A DNA stretch of 64,000 bases from Alphaproteobacteria bacterium (lineage in GTDB: Bacteria; Pseudomonadota; Alphaproteobacteria; JAPOUT01; G958296285). Every line of letters begins with the position of its first letter. Positions within the stretch are counted from its first letter, which is position 1. A program made the translations under genes and the position numbers. The stretch lies in contig OZ242373.1 in NCBI GenBank assembly GCA_965209065.1, positions 467,533 to 531,532 on the forward strand. Direction: 5' to 3'. The notes beneath the pieces are model-generated. The model did no database searches and had not been told where the DNA came from. It saw only the letters and a program-made list of their open reading frames with translations. Shown here in pieces: positions 46,525 through 57,003 of this stretch.

Positions 46525-48819
46525 ATGTTTATCGCCCGCGCTTGTTGCAAAGCACTTTATGCGCTGTTTATTTTTGGCTTCATTTTAGCTTTGTCGGGTG
46601 AGGCATTCGCGCAGACGATTAACGCCATCGAGGTGCGTGGCAATCGCCGTATTGACGGCGCGACCATTCAAGCTTACTTGCCTCTGCGCATTGGCGATGA
46701 ATATAACGAAGCCACCGCTGACAAGGCACTCAAAACTTTGTTTAGCACGGGTCTATTTTCCGACATCAAAATAAGACGCAACGGCAGAAAGCTCATTGTG
46801 GAGGTGGTGGAGAATCCTATTATCAGCCAAGTGGCTTTCGAGGGAAACGATGTGCTTGATGAAGATGTGCTCAAGCCTTTGATTAACGTTGTGCCGCGCG
46901 CGGTTTATAGTCGTGCGCAAGTGCTTGCGGCGGCGCAGGTTATTATTCAGCAATATCGCCGTCAGGGTTATTATCGCGTGCGGGTGGAGCCAAAAGTCAT
47001 AGAGCTTCCTTCGCACCGCGTGAATGTCGTGTTTGAGGTTACCGAAGGGGAAAAGAGTTATATTGAAGCAGTTTATTTTATCGGCAATAAAGTGTTTAGC
47101 GATTATGAGTTGAAGTCCTCTATCGCGAGTGGCGAATATGCTTTTTGGAAATTTCTATCTGTAACCGACACTTACGACCCCGATAGACTTGAATTTGATA
47201 AGCAGCTCTTACGCAGTTTTTATACAAAACGTGGGTTCGCTGACTTCGCAGTTCAAGCCGTTTTAGCTGAGCGCAATATCACCGATAATGGTTTTTACAT
47301 CACTTTTATTATTGATGAAGGCAAGCGCTATCGTTTTGGTAAAAATCGCTTTAGGATAAAAATCCCAGAGCTAGACAAGGATATTTTTGAAACCTTAATG
47401 CAATATGATACAGGTGATATTTTCAATGGGTATAGGATAGGTCTTAGCCGTGATGCGATTACTGAAGAAATGCAAAATTTAGGCTATGTTTTTCTTAACG
47501 TTACCCCTGATTTAGAAAAAAATAGCGACACACAAATCGCGAATGTGATATGGCATATTACCGAAACGCCTCGCAGTTATCTTGAACGCATAGAGATTAA
47601 AGGCAATAGCCACACGCAAGATGAAGTGGTGCGCCGTGAATTTAGATTGAAGGAGGGCGACCCGTTCAACCTCGCTTTGATGGCGCAAAGCGAGCGCGCC
47701 ATTAGAAACTTAGGCTTCTTTAATAATGTCGCGATAGATACCAGACAAGGCTCAACACCCGATAAGGTTATTTTAGACGCGCGAGTAGCGGAGCGACCGA
47801 CAGGTGAAATTTCTTTAGGCGCCGGGTTTTCTACGATTGATGGTTTTATCGCTGACTTTTCAATTCGCGAAACGAATTTTCAAGGCAAGGGACAAACGCT
47901 AGGGGTTGCCTTTTCTTATGCCGAGCGGCGGCAAAATGTGAATTTAAGTTTTGTTGAGCCTTATTTTTTCGGTTATCGTTTAAGGTTTGGCATCGGCGGC
48001 TTTTACCAAATAAACGATTTGCGCGACACGCAAGGATATAACCTAGACCGCACCGGCGCTTCTTTGTCCTTACGTTTTCCCTTGCGTGAAGATGCCTATT
48101 TCACTTTGTCTTACGAATTGCAAAATGATCGTATCTATAACTCCGATGGCAATTTTGAGGAAGGTGATACGCTAGAATCTATTTTTGGCTATAGGCTCTC
48201 TTACGACCGCCGCGATGATATTCGCACGCCTTCGTCGGGTTGGTATGCGAGCTTCGGGCAAGATTTCGCCGGCGCGGGCGGGCAAGCAAGCTATGTGCGC
48301 ACCATAGGAGATATTCGTTTTTACAGAACGCTCGCTGATGTTATTTCGGGCAAGTATATTTTTGCCTCGCGCTTGCTTGGGGGGCATTTGTATCCGCTTG
48401 GGGACTATGAGCCACGCACGCTCAACAATTTCTTCTTAGGCGCAGGCAATGTCAGGGGGTTTGACCGCTCGGGCGTGGGACCAAGAAGGGCAAGCGGCAC
48501 AAGCGTCGGGGGCAGGCTCTACGGTATCCTTTCCAATGAGTTAAGAATTTCTAGCCAATATCTAAAGCAGGTGGGCTTGACGCCAGTGCTTTTTTTAGAT
48601 ACAGCTATAGTAGGTGATAGTGGCTCCGATACGAGACGTTATTATGCGGTGAGAAATGACCCGATAAGAGACAATTTTGCCCTGCGGATAAGCGCAGGAT
48701 TTAGTCTTTTATGGGAATCGCCCTTGGGGCCCTTGCGTTTCGACTTCGCTGACGTGTTGCTAAAAGAATCCTATGACGATGAACAAAACTTCCATTTCCA
48801 AATTGGAGTATCATTTTAA
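46525..48819 (+). CDS. bamA: Outer-membrane protein assembly factor BamA
   Basis: 764 aa. Signal peptide, POTRA-type repeats (I..I.V.GN.R....I), an Omp85 barrel, and a terminal F (..FHFQIGVSF). Confidence 0.94.
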   Translation: MFIARACCKALYALFIFGFILALSGEAFAQTINAIEVRGNRRIDGATIQAYLPLRIGDEYNEATADKALKTLFSTGLFSDIKIRRNGRKLIVEVVENPIISQVAFEGNDVLDEDVLKPLINVVPRAVYSRAQVLAAAQVIIQQYRRQGYYRVRVEPKVIELPSHRVNVVFEVTEGEKSYIEAVYFIGNKVFSDYELKSSIASGEYAFWKFLSVTDTYDPDRLEFDKQLLRSFYTKRGFADFAVQAVLAERNITDNGFYITFIIDEGKRYRFGKNRFRIKIPELDKDIFETLMQYDTGDIFNGYRIGLSRDAITEEMQNLGYVFLNVTPDLEKNSDTQIANVIWHITETPRSYLERIEIKGNSHTQDEVVRREFRLKEGDPFNLALMAQSERAIRNLGFFNNVAIDTRQGSTPDKVILDARVAERPTGEISLGAGFSTIDGFIADFSIRETNFQGKGQTLGVAFSYAERRQNVNLSFVEPYFFGYRLRFGIGGFYQINDLRDTQGYNLDRTGASLSLRFPLREDAYFTLSYELQNDRIYNSDGNFEEGDTLESIFGYRLSYDRRDDIRTPSSGWYASFGQDFAGAGGQASYVRTIGDIRFYRTLADVISGKYIFASRLLGGHLYPLGDYEPRTLNNFFLGAGNVRGFDRSGVGPRRASGTSVGGRLYGILSNELRISSQYLKQVGLTPVLFLDTAIVGDSGSDTRRYYAVRNDPIRDNFALRISAGFSLLWESPLGPLRFDFADVLLKESYDDEQNFHFQIGVSF

Positions 48820-48843
48820 CCATATAAAGAAAGGACAAAGATT

Positions 48844-49392
48844 ATGAAAATGATAAAAATAGTTTCAACACTAGTGGTGGCTGTGCTGCTGACAGCTTGC
48901 GACCCTATAGGCGTAGGCGGCGGCGCGAAAATTTCTTATGTTGATGAGCAGAAGGTCATTCGCGATTCTAGAGTCGGAAAAGATTTTAATCGGCAAGTCA
49001 AAAGCTATAGAGAGAAAGCCGAAAAAAGTCTCACGCGCGAAAGAAAACGCTTAGAGCGCGAACAAAGAAACCTAGAAAAACAAAGAGCAACCCTATCTGC
49101 CTCTGCCTTTCAGGAGAAGCAAGTTAGCTTTGGTCAAAAGGTAGAGCGCTTTCAGCAGAAGGCTCAAGAGGAGCAAAGAAAACTGCAAGCCGGCGCGCAA
49201 GATTCACTTTCTGAAATCACCGGCGTGCTTGAGGGTATCTACACCGAAGTCAAAGATGACGGGAATATCGATATTTTATTTAGAGGCACAGCTGTTTTAG
49301 ACGGAGATTCTAGTCTTGATGTAACCGATAAGGTTGTCAAAATACTAGATGATAGGCTCTCAAGTATAAAGTTAGAGGTGCCGAAAGAATAG
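48844..49392 (+). CDS. OmpH/Skp-family periplasmic chaperone (lipobox-bearing)
   Basis: 182 aa with MKMIKIVSTLVVAVLLTAC and a coiled-coil KSYREKAEKSLTRERKRLEREQRNLEKQRATL. It sits in the conserved position between bamA and lpxD. Confidence 0.85.
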   Translation: MKMIKIVSTLVVAVLLTACDPIGVGGGAKISYVDEQKVIRDSRVGKDFNRQVKSYREKAEKSLTRERKRLEREQRNLEKQRATLSASAFQEKQVSFGQKVERFQQKAQEEQRKLQAGAQDSLSEITGVLEGIYTEVKDDGNIDILFRGTAVLDGDSSLDVTDKVVKILDDRLSSIKLEVPKE

Positions 49393-49443
49393 GGGGACGC
49401 TATTTCTGGGTATGGTTTTTTTGAAAAAGAGGCACCCATCAGT

Positions 49444-50463
49444 TTGGGGGCGCTCGCGCAGAAAACGGATAGCGCGTTGGTTAAACCCGAAGATGCCGAT
49501 ATAGAAATTATGGGGGTCGCGCCTCTTGACGAGGCGGGTGAAGACGATATTAGTTATCTTACAAGTCGGCGGTTTGTCGGTGCGCTACGCAAAAGCCACG
49601 CGCGCGCTTGTTTCATGTCCGAAGAGCTCGCCGCCGAAGCGCCATCTCATATTGTGGTGTTGAAAACCTTTCAGCCGCACTTGGCTTACGCCAAAGCCTT
49701 GAGTTTATTTTATCCGCAAGCCTCCATTCACAAAAGCGGGCTAGGGCAAACGGGTATCGATGAAAGCGCACGGATAGATTCTAAAGCGAAGCTCGAAGCC
49801 GGCGTTGTGGTAGAGGCTGGCGCGATTGTCGCATCGGGCGCGCAGATTGGCGCGGGCACGATTATCAGTGCCTATAGCATCATCGGAGAAAATTGCGCGA
49901 TTGGTAGAAATTGTTTTGTTGGCGCGCATTCTTCTATCACGCATTCCTTGATTGGCGATAGGGTTGTTATTCATACCGGCGTGCGTTTGGGGCAGGCGGG
50001 GTTCGGCTATGTGCCGCAAATGAACGGCGCGGTGCATGTGCCACAAATCGGTAGAGTGATTATCCAAAATGATGTTGAGATTGGTGCCAACACGACAATT
50101 GACAGAGGCAGCACACGCGACACCACTATCGGCGAAGGCACAAAAATAGATAACCTTGTTCAAATAGGACATAACGTTCGTATTGGCAGGCATTGTTTTA
50201 TCATCGCGCAAGTTGGGATAGCGGGTTCGGCGCGCATAGATGATTATGCTATTTTGCTCGGTCAGGTTGGCATCGCGGACAACGCTCACATTGGCGCGGG
50301 CGCGCGTTTGGGCGCGAAATCGGGCGTTATGGCAAAAGTGCCGGCGGGCAAAGATTATATGGGCTATCCTGCTAAAGACTTCAAGCTTTTTCTACAAGAG
50401 CAGGCTTTGTTAAAAAAACTTCTAAAACAGCACAAGCAAAAAGGGGGCAAAAATGACAAATGA
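49444..50463 (+). CDS. lpxD: UDP-3-O-acylglucosamine N-acyltransferase
   Basis: TTG start (no in-frame ATG/GTG lies upstream after the stop at 49390). [13 protein letters not shown] resembles the LpxD N-terminus, and hexapeptide repeats run throughout. Confidence 0.88.
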   Translation: MGALAQKTDSALVKPEDADIEIMGVAPLDEAGEDDISYLTSRRFVGALRKSHARACFMSEELAAEAPSHIVVLKTFQPHLAYAKALSLFYPQASIHKSGLGQTGIDESARIDSKAKLEAGVVVEAGAIVASGAQIGAGTIISAYSIIGENCAIGRNCFVGAHSSITHSLIGDRVVIHTGVRLGQAGFGYVPQMNGAVHVPQIGRVIIQNDVEIGANTTIDRGSTRDTTIGEGTKIDNLVQIGHNVRIGRHCFIIAQVGIAGSARIDDYAILLGQVGIADNAHIGAGARLGAKSGVMAKVPAGKDYMGYPAKDFKLFLQEQALLKKLLKQHKQKGGKNDK

Positions 50464-50929
50464 TACATTCAAGGGTGTCTTGGGGGTTGATGATATTATC
50501 AAGCTGATGCCTTATCGTTATCCAATGTTGATGTTAGACAGGGTGGTAGAGCTCAAGAAGGATAGTTTCGCGCGGGCGTATAAGAACGTTTCTATTGGCG
50601 AGATATTTTTTCAAGGCCACTTTCCCAACCACGCGATTATGCCGGGCGTTTTGATTATAGAGGCGGTCGCGCAAACTTCGGTGGTGCTTTGGTCTTATTT
50701 TCATCAAGACGAGAAGGAGGGCAAGGTCGTTTATTTTTCCTCTCTGGAGAAGGCGAAGTTTAGAAAACCTGTCGTGCCGGGCGATGTATTAGAGATAACG
50801 GTTGATTTTCAGCGCCGTGTTAAAAACATTTGGAAATTTAAGGGGCAGGCTTTTGTTGAGGGTCAGCTGGTGGCTGAGTTGGTTTTCTCTGCGGCTTTGA
50901 TGGATATTAGCGGAGAAGACAAGAAGTGA
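50453..50929 (+). CDS. fabZ: 3-hydroxyacyl-ACP dehydratase
   Basis: [13 protein letters not shown] ... [23 protein letters not shown]. Confidence 0.95.
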   Translation: MTNDTFKGVLGVDDIIKLMPYRYPMLMLDRVVELKKDSFARAYKNVSIGEIFFQGHFPNHAIMPGVLIIEAVAQTSVVLWSYFHQDEKEGKVVYFSSLEKAKFRKPVVPGDVLEITVDFQRRVKNIWKFKGQAFVEGQLVAELVFSAALMDISGEDKK

Positions 50930-51723
50930 AGATTCACCAAACAGCGGTTGTTTCGTCAAAGGCTGAGCTTGGCGCTGATGTTGAGGTGGGTCCCTATTGT
51001 GTGATAGACGCGGGCGTTCATATTGGTGCTGGCACGAGGCTTCACGCCCATGCGGTGATAACCGGCGATACCCATTTAGGCGAGCGCTGTGAGATTTTTC
51101 CCTTTACTTCTATCGGTGCCGTGCCGCAAGACCTGAAATATGCAGGCGAAGAAAGCAGCACGCACATTGGCGATAGGACGGTTATTCGTGAAAATGTTAC
51201 GATTCATAAAGGCACATCGGGTGGCTGTATGGAAACGAGAATTGGCAAAGATTGTTTTATTATGGCGTGCGCGCATGTTGCGCACGATTGTATTTTGGGT
51301 GACAATGTTATTCTCGCCAATGCGGTTTTGCTTGCCGGACATTGCGAGCTAGGCGATTATGTTTTTATGGGAGGCAATTCGGTTTGCCAGCAATATCTTA
51401 AAATAGGGACGCATGCTTTTATCACGGGGAGTTCGGGGCTTGCTAGTCATATTCCGCCCTATGTTAGCGTGTTCGGCATTCCTGCGGTTTGGACGGGGAT
51501 AAACATCATTGGGTTAAGGCGGCGCGGCTTTGACAATAAGCAAATTAACGCTTTGCGTAAATTTTACAACACTTTTTTCAAAATGCAGGGCACGGCTCAA
51601 GAGCGGGTAGAAAAGTTAGAGAAAGAATTTTCAAATGAGACCAGCAGCATAACCGATGAAGCGCTTGGTTTTATCAAAAGTTCTTTTGATGGTCGTCACG
51701 CTATTTTACAATCGAGGCGTTGA
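50926..51723 (+). CDS. lpxA: Acyl-ACP--UDP-N-acetylglucosamine O-acyltransferase
   Basis: GTG start overlapping the fabZ stop. [26 protein letters not shown] and hexapeptide repeats. Confidence 0.92.
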   Translation: MKIHQTAVVSSKAELGADVEVGPYCVIDAGVHIGAGTRLHAHAVITGDTHLGERCEIFPFTSIGAVPQDLKYAGEESSTHIGDRTVIRENVTIHKGTSGGCMETRIGKDCFIMACAHVAHDCILGDNVILANAVLLAGHCELGDYVFMGGNSVCQQYLKIGTHAFITGSSGLASHIPPYVSVFGIPAVWTGINIIGLRRRGFDNKQINALRKFYNTFFKMQGTAQERVEKLEKEFSNETSSITDEALGFIKSSFDGRHAILQSRR

Positions 51724-51740
51724 GAGAGGGTTCGTTCGTT

Positions 51741-52604
51741 ATGGCAAAGCTTGCAATCATAGCAGGAAGTGGTTCTTTACCCCACCGCGTAGCGCAGGAG
51801 GCATTAAAGAAGCACGATATTTTCGTCATTGCCTATGAGGGCTTGGCAGACAAAGCCATGCGCGAATTCAATCATGCGGAATTTTCTTTATTGCAGATTA
51901 ATACGATTATTAAGAAGCTCAAGGAGGAGGGGTGCAAGCAGCTTGTTTTGATTGGCGGCGTGGCTCGCCCCAGCACGAACCCCGGCGGGTCTTTAATCGC
52001 CGACATTCCGTCAAAACTTTTAGAGATGATACAGAAAGATATGGAATGGCAGAAGCAAAACAGTGACGATATGATTCTATCGAATTTTGTTCGCTATCTA
52101 GAAGAGGTGGAAGGCTTTACGATTAAAGGGGCGGAGGAAATATGCCCCAGCCTAACAATGAAGGCGGGTTTTTTGTCGGGTCGCGCCGACAAGAACCGTC
52201 AAGACGGGCAACATCAAATAGATATGGATTTGGGAATTAAAGTCGTTAATGCGATGGGCGAGTTGAATGTGGGGCAGTCGGCGGTCGTGACGAATGGCGT
52301 GGTGGTCGCGGTTGAGGCGGTGGAAGGCACGGATAATATGTTAGATAGGGTTTTGTCTTTGCCTCAGGCTTTTAGAGGGGCGGAAGATGAGCGCAGGGGG
52401 GTTTTGGTTAAGATACCCCGTCCCCATCAAGATTTAAGGATAGACATGCCGACCATAGGCTTAAAAACTTTAAGCAAAGTGGCGCAAGCCAATTTAGCGG
52501 GCATCGTGGTAAAGGAGAACAACATTTTAATCGACGATAAGGACGCGCTAAAAGCGCAAGCGAAAAAAGATGGCGTTTTCATTCAAGCTGTGTCGATAAA
52601 ATGA
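51741..52604 (+). CDS. lpxI: UDP-2,3-diacylglucosamine diphosphatase LpxI (DUF1009 family)
   Basis: MAKLAIIAGSGSLP... ; ..GQSAVV..G.VVAVEA.EGTD.ML.R. It lies between lpxA and lpxB, as in Caulobacter-type clusters. Confidence 0.85.
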   Translation: MAKLAIIAGSGSLPHRVAQEALKKHDIFVIAYEGLADKAMREFNHAEFSLLQINTIIKKLKEEGCKQLVLIGGVARPSTNPGGSLIADIPSKLLEMIQKDMEWQKQNSDDMILSNFVRYLEEVEGFTIKGAEEICPSLTMKAGFLSGRADKNRQDGQHQIDMDLGIKVVNAMGELNVGQSAVVTNGVVVAVEAVEGTDNMLDRVLSLPQAFRGAEDERRGVLVKIPRPHQDLRIDMPTIGLKTLSKVAQANLAGIVVKENNILIDDKDALKAQAKKDGVFIQAVSIK

Positions 52605-53746
52605 GGCGCGGGCACATCGCGCCTAAGCGCCTTGCGCTGGTGGCGGCTGAGGCATCGGGGGATTTGCTTGGCGGCAGGCTAATGGCGGCGCTCAAGAAGC
52701 AGGGGTTTGAAGGGAAATTCTTTGGTGTCGGCGGCAAAGAGATGATTGATGAGGGGCTTGAAAGTGTTATGCCGCTTTCGCTGATATCGCAAGTGGCGGT
52801 GATTGGCGTTATATTGCATGGGTTTGCTTTATTGTGGCGTATTCGCAAGATAGCCAATAGCATTATCGCCGGCAAGCCTGACGCTTTAATTATTATTGAT
52901 AGTTATGATTTGACTCATCGCATTGCGCGCTCGGTGTTTCGGCGCGCGCCTGATATTAAAATCATCAACTACGTGCCGCCTAAGGCTTGGGTGTGGCGCA
53001 AGGGTCGTGCGAAGAAAATGAAAAAATATATCACGCACTGCTTGGTGCTTTTTCCTTTTGAGGAGGATTTTTTTCGTTCTTATGGGATTCCGACAAGTTA
53101 TGTTGGTCATCCTGCTTTAGAACATCAGGCGGACGAGGCGGAGTCAAAAGCATTTCGCACGCGTTTTGATGAGAATAAAAAGTTTGTTTTAATAGGGCTT
53201 GGCTCTAGGCGAAAGGAATTGAAGTATTTGGCGGCACCTGTTGCGGAGGCGATGGAGGTGATAAAAGCAAAAGAGCCGAACGTAGAATTTTTTTTACCAC
53301 TTGCTGAAACGATTGCTGAAGAAACAATAGAAAAGGTTAAGACGTGGCGCGTGCAGCCTATTTTGGTTCGCGAGCAAATGGAGAAGCAGGCTTTATTTCG
53401 CGCGGCTGATGTTGCGCTTGTGGCATCAGGCACAATTACGCTAGAGCTGGGGTTATCGGGCACCGCTTCGGTTTGTATTTACCGCTTAAATTATTTAGAA
53501 GAAAAAATTGGTTTTCTGATTGTTAGCTTCAAGTTTGCGAGTTTGGTTAATTTAATTTTAGATAAAATGGTTTTTCCCGAATTTCTAAGAAGAGAAACGG
53601 TCAAGCCGCAACCGATTGCCGAAGCAACAATAAAGTTATTGAGAGAAGATAACACGCGCACGCTTGCCGAATTTCACCAAAAGCTACAGACGCAAGAACC
53701 ACCGAGTGTGATGGCGGCGCGTAAAGTTTTAGAGATTAGCGCTTAA
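52601..53746 (+). CDS. lpxB: Lipid-A-disaccharide synthase
   Basis: ..LALVAAEASGDLLGGRLMAALK ... ATGA overlap with lpxI. Confidence 0.92.
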   Translation: MRRGHIAPKRLALVAAEASGDLLGGRLMAALKKQGFEGKFFGVGGKEMIDEGLESVMPLSLISQVAVIGVILHGFALLWRIRKIANSIIAGKPDALIIIDSYDLTHRIARSVFRRAPDIKIINYVPPKAWVWRKGRAKKMKKYITHCLVLFPFEEDFFRSYGIPTSYVGHPALEHQADEAESKAFRTRFDENKKFVLIGLGSRRKELKYLAAPVAEAMEVIKAKEPNVEFFLPLAETIAEETIEKVKTWRVQPILVREQMEKQALFRAADVALVASGTITLELGLSGTASVCIYRLNYLEEKIGFLIVSFKFASLVNLILDKMVFPEFLRRETVKPQPIAEATIKLLREDNTRTLAEFHQKLQTQEPPSVMAARKVLEISA

Positions 53747-53749
53747 CGA

Positions 53750-55078
53750 TTAGCGCTGGTTCATAAGCTTATAAGGTCTAGCGGCTTCGCCGATGTATAG
53801 CTGTCTTGGTCTGCCGATTCTTTGTTTCGGGTCTTCAATCATTTCGTTCCACTGCGCGACCCAACCGACCGTGCGCGCAACCGCAAACAGCACGGTAAAC
53901 ATAGAGGTCGGAAAACCCAAAGCCTTCAAGATAAGCCCCGAATAGAAATCAACATTAGGATAAAGTTTTTTCGCGATGAAGTATTCGTCATTCAAAGCGA
54001 TTTCTTCGAGCGCCATAGCAACTTCTAGCAAGGGGTCCTTGTTGTCAATTTGCGACAAGACCTCATGGCATGTGTTGCGCATAATTTTTGCGCGCGGGTC
54101 GTAGTTTTTATAAACCCGATGACCAAAACCCATCAAGCGGAAGGGGTCGCTTTTATCTTTCGCTTTAGCAATATAAGCAGGGATATTCTCGACGCTGCCA
54201 ATCTCAGAGAGCATATTGAGCGCGGCTTCATTCGCGCCGCCATGCGAGGGACCCCACAGCGCGCTAATGCCGGCGGCGATACAAGCGAAAGGGTTCGCCC
54301 CGGTCGAGCCCGCCAAACGCACGGTGGCGGCAGAGGCATTTTGCTCGTGGTCGGCGTGGAGGATAAAGACTTTATCCATCGCCTTGGCGAAAACAGGATT
54401 AACAACAAACTCCTCGCACGGCACGGAAAAGCACATATAGAGGAAGTTGCTGGCAATATCTAGGTCGTTGCGCGGGTAGTTGAAAGGCTGCCCGACCGAA
54501 TATTTGTAAGCCATCGCGGCGATGGTCGGCATTTTGGCTATCATGCGCCGACTGGCTATCATTCTTTGCTTGGGGTCGGAAATATCGAGCGAATCGTGAT
54601 AAAAGGCAGACAGCGCACCCGCCACGCCTAGCATAATCGCCATAGGGTGAGCGTCTCGGCGGAAGCCATTGAAAAATTTATGGATTTGCTCATGCACCAT
54701 CGTGTGATAGCGGATTGCGTTGTCGAAGTTGTCGAGCTCTTTTTGCGGGGGCAGCTCGCCGTAAAGCAGGAGGTAGGCGAGCTCGATGAAGCTCACATTT
54801 TCGGCGAGTTCTTCAATCGAGTAACCGCGGTGGAGCAGAATGCCCTTATCGCCATCAATGTAGGTAATTTTAGACTCGCAGCTCGCGGTAGAGGTGAAGC
54901 CGGGATCATAGGTGAAATGGTTGGTGCTACCGTATAGCTTCGACACATCGACCACGCTAGGTCCTGTTGTGCCGTCGTAGATGGGCATCGCCTCTTGTTT
55001 CTCGCCCAGCTCAAGCGTGGCGGTTTTCTTGCCGGCTTCGATGTCGGCGTTAATGTTTTTCATCATTGTTTCACTCAT
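53750..55078 (-). CDS. gltA: Citrate synthase (type II)
   Basis: 442 aa. ..[48 protein letters not shown]. Confidence 0.95.
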   Translation of the reverse strand: MSETMMKNINADIEAGKKTATLELGEKQEAMPIYDGTTGPSVVDVSKLYGSTNHFTYDPGFTSTASCESKITYIDGDKGILLHRGYSIEELAENVSFIELAYLLLYGELPPQKELDNFDNAIRYHTMVHEQIHKFFNGFRRDAHPMAIMLGVAGALSAFYHDSLDISDPKQRMIASRRMIAKMPTIAAMAYKYSVGQPFNYPRNDLDIASNFLYMCFSVPCEEFVVNPVFAKAMDKVFILHADHEQNASAATVRLAGSTGANPFACIAAGISALWGPSHGGANEAALNMLSEIGSVENIPAYIAKAKDKSDPFRLMGFGHRVYKNYDPRAKIMRNTCHEVLSQIDNKDPLLEVAMALEEIALNDEYFIAKKLYPNVDFYSGLILKALGFPTSMFTVLFAVARTVGWVAQWNEMIEDPKQRIGRPRQLYIGEAARPYKLMNQR

Positions 55079-56424
55079 ATTATCCTCTTTAGTCTTTTTA
55101 GTGTTTCGTTTTTACCAAGCGCATTGATAACATCAAATATACTAGGAGCGTTTTTTTGCCCGATGATAGCTATTCTCATAGCCTGAGCGGTTTCTTTAAG
55201 TCCGCCATTTTGCTTGGCAAAATCCTCGATGGTTCCTTTTATAGTATCCCACTGGGATTCTTCGAGCAGTTGAATGAGCTTTAAGATAAGAGCTTTATTA
55301 GGTTGAAGCCCCGAACTATTCTCATACGCTATTAGGAATCTAGCATTTTCAGTGAATTCGGTCAATGTTTTGGAGCGCTCTGCGATGCGTTCTAAAATAG
55401 GCGTAAACCTTTGGTATTCATCGCTTTTTTCTAAACTCGTTCCTTTACTTGCGCCTTGGGCAAAAAACTGAAAACGCTGTTCGGGGGTTAATTTCTTCAT
55501 ATAGTGCTTGTTGAGGTAGTCTAGCTTGTTTTGGTCAAAGCGGGCGGGAGATTTACCAATGCCCTCAAGTGAGAACCACCCGATAGCTTCTTCGGTGGAA
55601 AAAGTTTCGTCATCGCCGTGCGCCCAGCCCAATCGCGCGAGGTAGTTTCTCATCGCTGCGGGCAAATAGCCTTCTTGCTGATATTCGTTAATATCCTGCG
55701 CCCCCTGCACTACATGGCGGCGTTTGGATAACTTCGCGCCATCGGTGCCGTGGATTAAAGGAATATGGGCAAAAATAGGCATCTCCCACTCCATCGCCTT
55801 ATAAATTGCCGCTTGACGCGCGGCGTTCGTGGCGTGGTCATTGCCGCGAATGATATGGGTTATCTCCATATCGTGGTCATCAACCACCACGCACAGCATA
55901 TAAGTCGGCGAGCCATCGGTGCGCTGGATAATGAAATCGTCAAGCTGAGCATTTTTTATCGTCATTTTGCCGGTAATTTTATCGTCAATGCTTATCGTGC
56001 CATCTAAAGGCATCTTGATACGAACAGCTCCTGAACTCAAATTGCGGTCGCGACAGGTGCGGAAGTATTGGATGGGGAGCTTTTCTTTCTTTGCTTTTTC
56101 GCGCGCGGCGGCTAATTTCTCAGCCGAGCAGTCGCAATAATAAGCGGCACCTTTAGCGAGAAGCTCTTCCACGACTTGGCGATGACGCTCGGCGCGATGA
56201 GATTGATGGACTATCTCTCCGTCCCAATCAAGCCCCAGCCACTTCAGCCCGCCCAAAATCGAGCGCTCGGCTTCGGGCGTAGAGCGTTTTTTATCGGTAT
56301 CCTCAATTCTTAAAAGGAATTTACCTTTTTCGTGTTTGGCAAAAAGGTAATTGAATAAAGCGGTGCGCGCGCTGCCCAAATGGAGCGCGCCGGTCGGCGA
56401 TGGAGCAAATCTAGTAATAGTCAT
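55075..56424 (-). CDS. gltX: Glutamate--tRNA ligase
   Basis: [21 protein letters not shown] (HIGH-type) and KLSKR. 4-nt overlap with the gltA start. Confidence 0.95.
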   Translation of the reverse strand: MTITRFAPSPTGALHLGSARTALFNYLFAKHEKGKFLLRIEDTDKKRSTPEAERSILGGLKWLGLDWDGEIVHQSHRAERHRQVVEELLAKGAAYYCDCSAEKLAAAREKAKKEKLPIQYFRTCRDRNLSSGAVRIKMPLDGTISIDDKITGKMTIKNAQLDDFIIQRTDGSPTYMLCVVVDDHDMEITHIIRGNDHATNAARQAAIYKAMEWEMPIFAHIPLIHGTDGAKLSKRRHVVQGAQDINEYQQEGYLPAAMRNYLARLGWAHGDDETFSTEEAIGWFSLEGIGKSPARFDQNKLDYLNKHYMKKLTPEQRFQFFAQGASKGTSLEKSDEYQRFTPILERIAERSKTLTEFTENARFLIAYENSSGLQPNKALILKLIQLLEESQWDTIKGTIEDFAKQNGGLKETAQAMRIAIIGQKNAPSIFDVINALGKNETLKRLKRII

Positions 56425-56427
56425 AAT

Positions 56428-56457
56428 TTATCATTCTAGCATAATTTCTTGTATAAT
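56428..56457 (+). promoter_or_regulatory. Candidate promoter with a perfect TATAAT only 7 nt from the flavin-reductase ATG (possible leaderless mRNA)
   Basis: TTATCA at 56428-33, an 18-nt spacer, then TATAAT at 56452-57. The spacer CGCAAAG has no SD and runs straight into ATG 56465. Confidence 0.35.
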
Positions 56458-56464
56458 CGCAAAG

Positions 56465-56998
56465 ATGAATAGTGAAAATTCTACAGACAAGCAGCCCGCA
56501 GATAAGCAATTAAGAGAAGCCTTCGGTCATTTTGCCACCGGCGTTAGCATCATCACCGCCGAGCATCAGGGCATTGTTTATGGAATGACGGTTAATTCTT
56601 TTACCTCTTTATCTTTGTCGCCGCCTTTGGTTTTGTGGTGCTTGGCGTCTGACGAAGCGCATCAGGTTTCTTACGATTTGTTTAAGGATGTTGAAACTTT
56701 TTCGGTTAGCGTTTTGAACGAAGAGCAAGAGGCTCTGTCGCGTTATAGTGCGCGCCATGGGCATCATCAGTTGGACGATGATCAGTTAGACGGGGATCAG
56801 TTAGACGGGGAGGCGGTCAATCAGCAGGGGGGATTATTTATCAAAGATGCTTTGGTTGGGTTTCGGTGCTCGGTGCAGCAGCGGCTTCAAGCGGGCGACC
56901 ATATCATCATCATCGGCACGATAGAGCATTGTGAAGTTTTTGATAAAGAAAAAAAGCCACTTATTTTTTATCAAAAAAAATATCACAGCCTAAAGTAA
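56465..56998 (+). CDS. Flavin reductase family protein (HpaC/NADH:FMN oxidoreductase-like) with an acidic repeat insertion
   Basis: The ATG at 56465 gives LREAFGHFATGVSIITAE..GMTVNSFTSLSLSPPLVLWCL. The track's 56351 start overlaps gltX and is rejected. Confidence 0.85.
   Translation: MNSENSTDKQPADKQLREAFGHFATGVSIITAEHQGIVYGMTVNSFTSLSLSPPLVLWCLASDEAHQVSYDLFKDVETFSVSVLNEEQEALSRYSARHGHHQLDDDQLDGDQLDGEAVNQQGGLFIKDALVGFRCSVQQRLQAGDHIIIIGTIEHCEVFDKEKKPLIFYQKKYHSLK
56765..56809. repeat. 15-bp in-frame tandem repeat x3 in the flavin reductase gene (HQLDD DQLDG DQLDG)
   Basis: CATCAGTTGGACGAT (56765-79), GATCAGTTAGACGGG (56780-94), GATCAGTTAGACGGG (56795-809). The last two units are identical. Confidence 0.9.
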
Positions 56999-57003
56999 AG
57001 CTG

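Noticed and set aside
19300-56464. N-terminal extensions proposed by the ORF track (proS 19300, lolD 21967, cysD 30746, the 36594 ORF, pyrH 41402, frr 42060, cdsA 43413, dxr 44234, lpxI 51720, flavin reductase 56351, and 17691 for the Lys-rich protein)
   Set aside because: The extensions overlap the upstream gene and precede the point where the conserved protein N-terminus begins. In each case an internal ATG gives the canonical N-terminus, usually with a short start/stop overlap or an SD.
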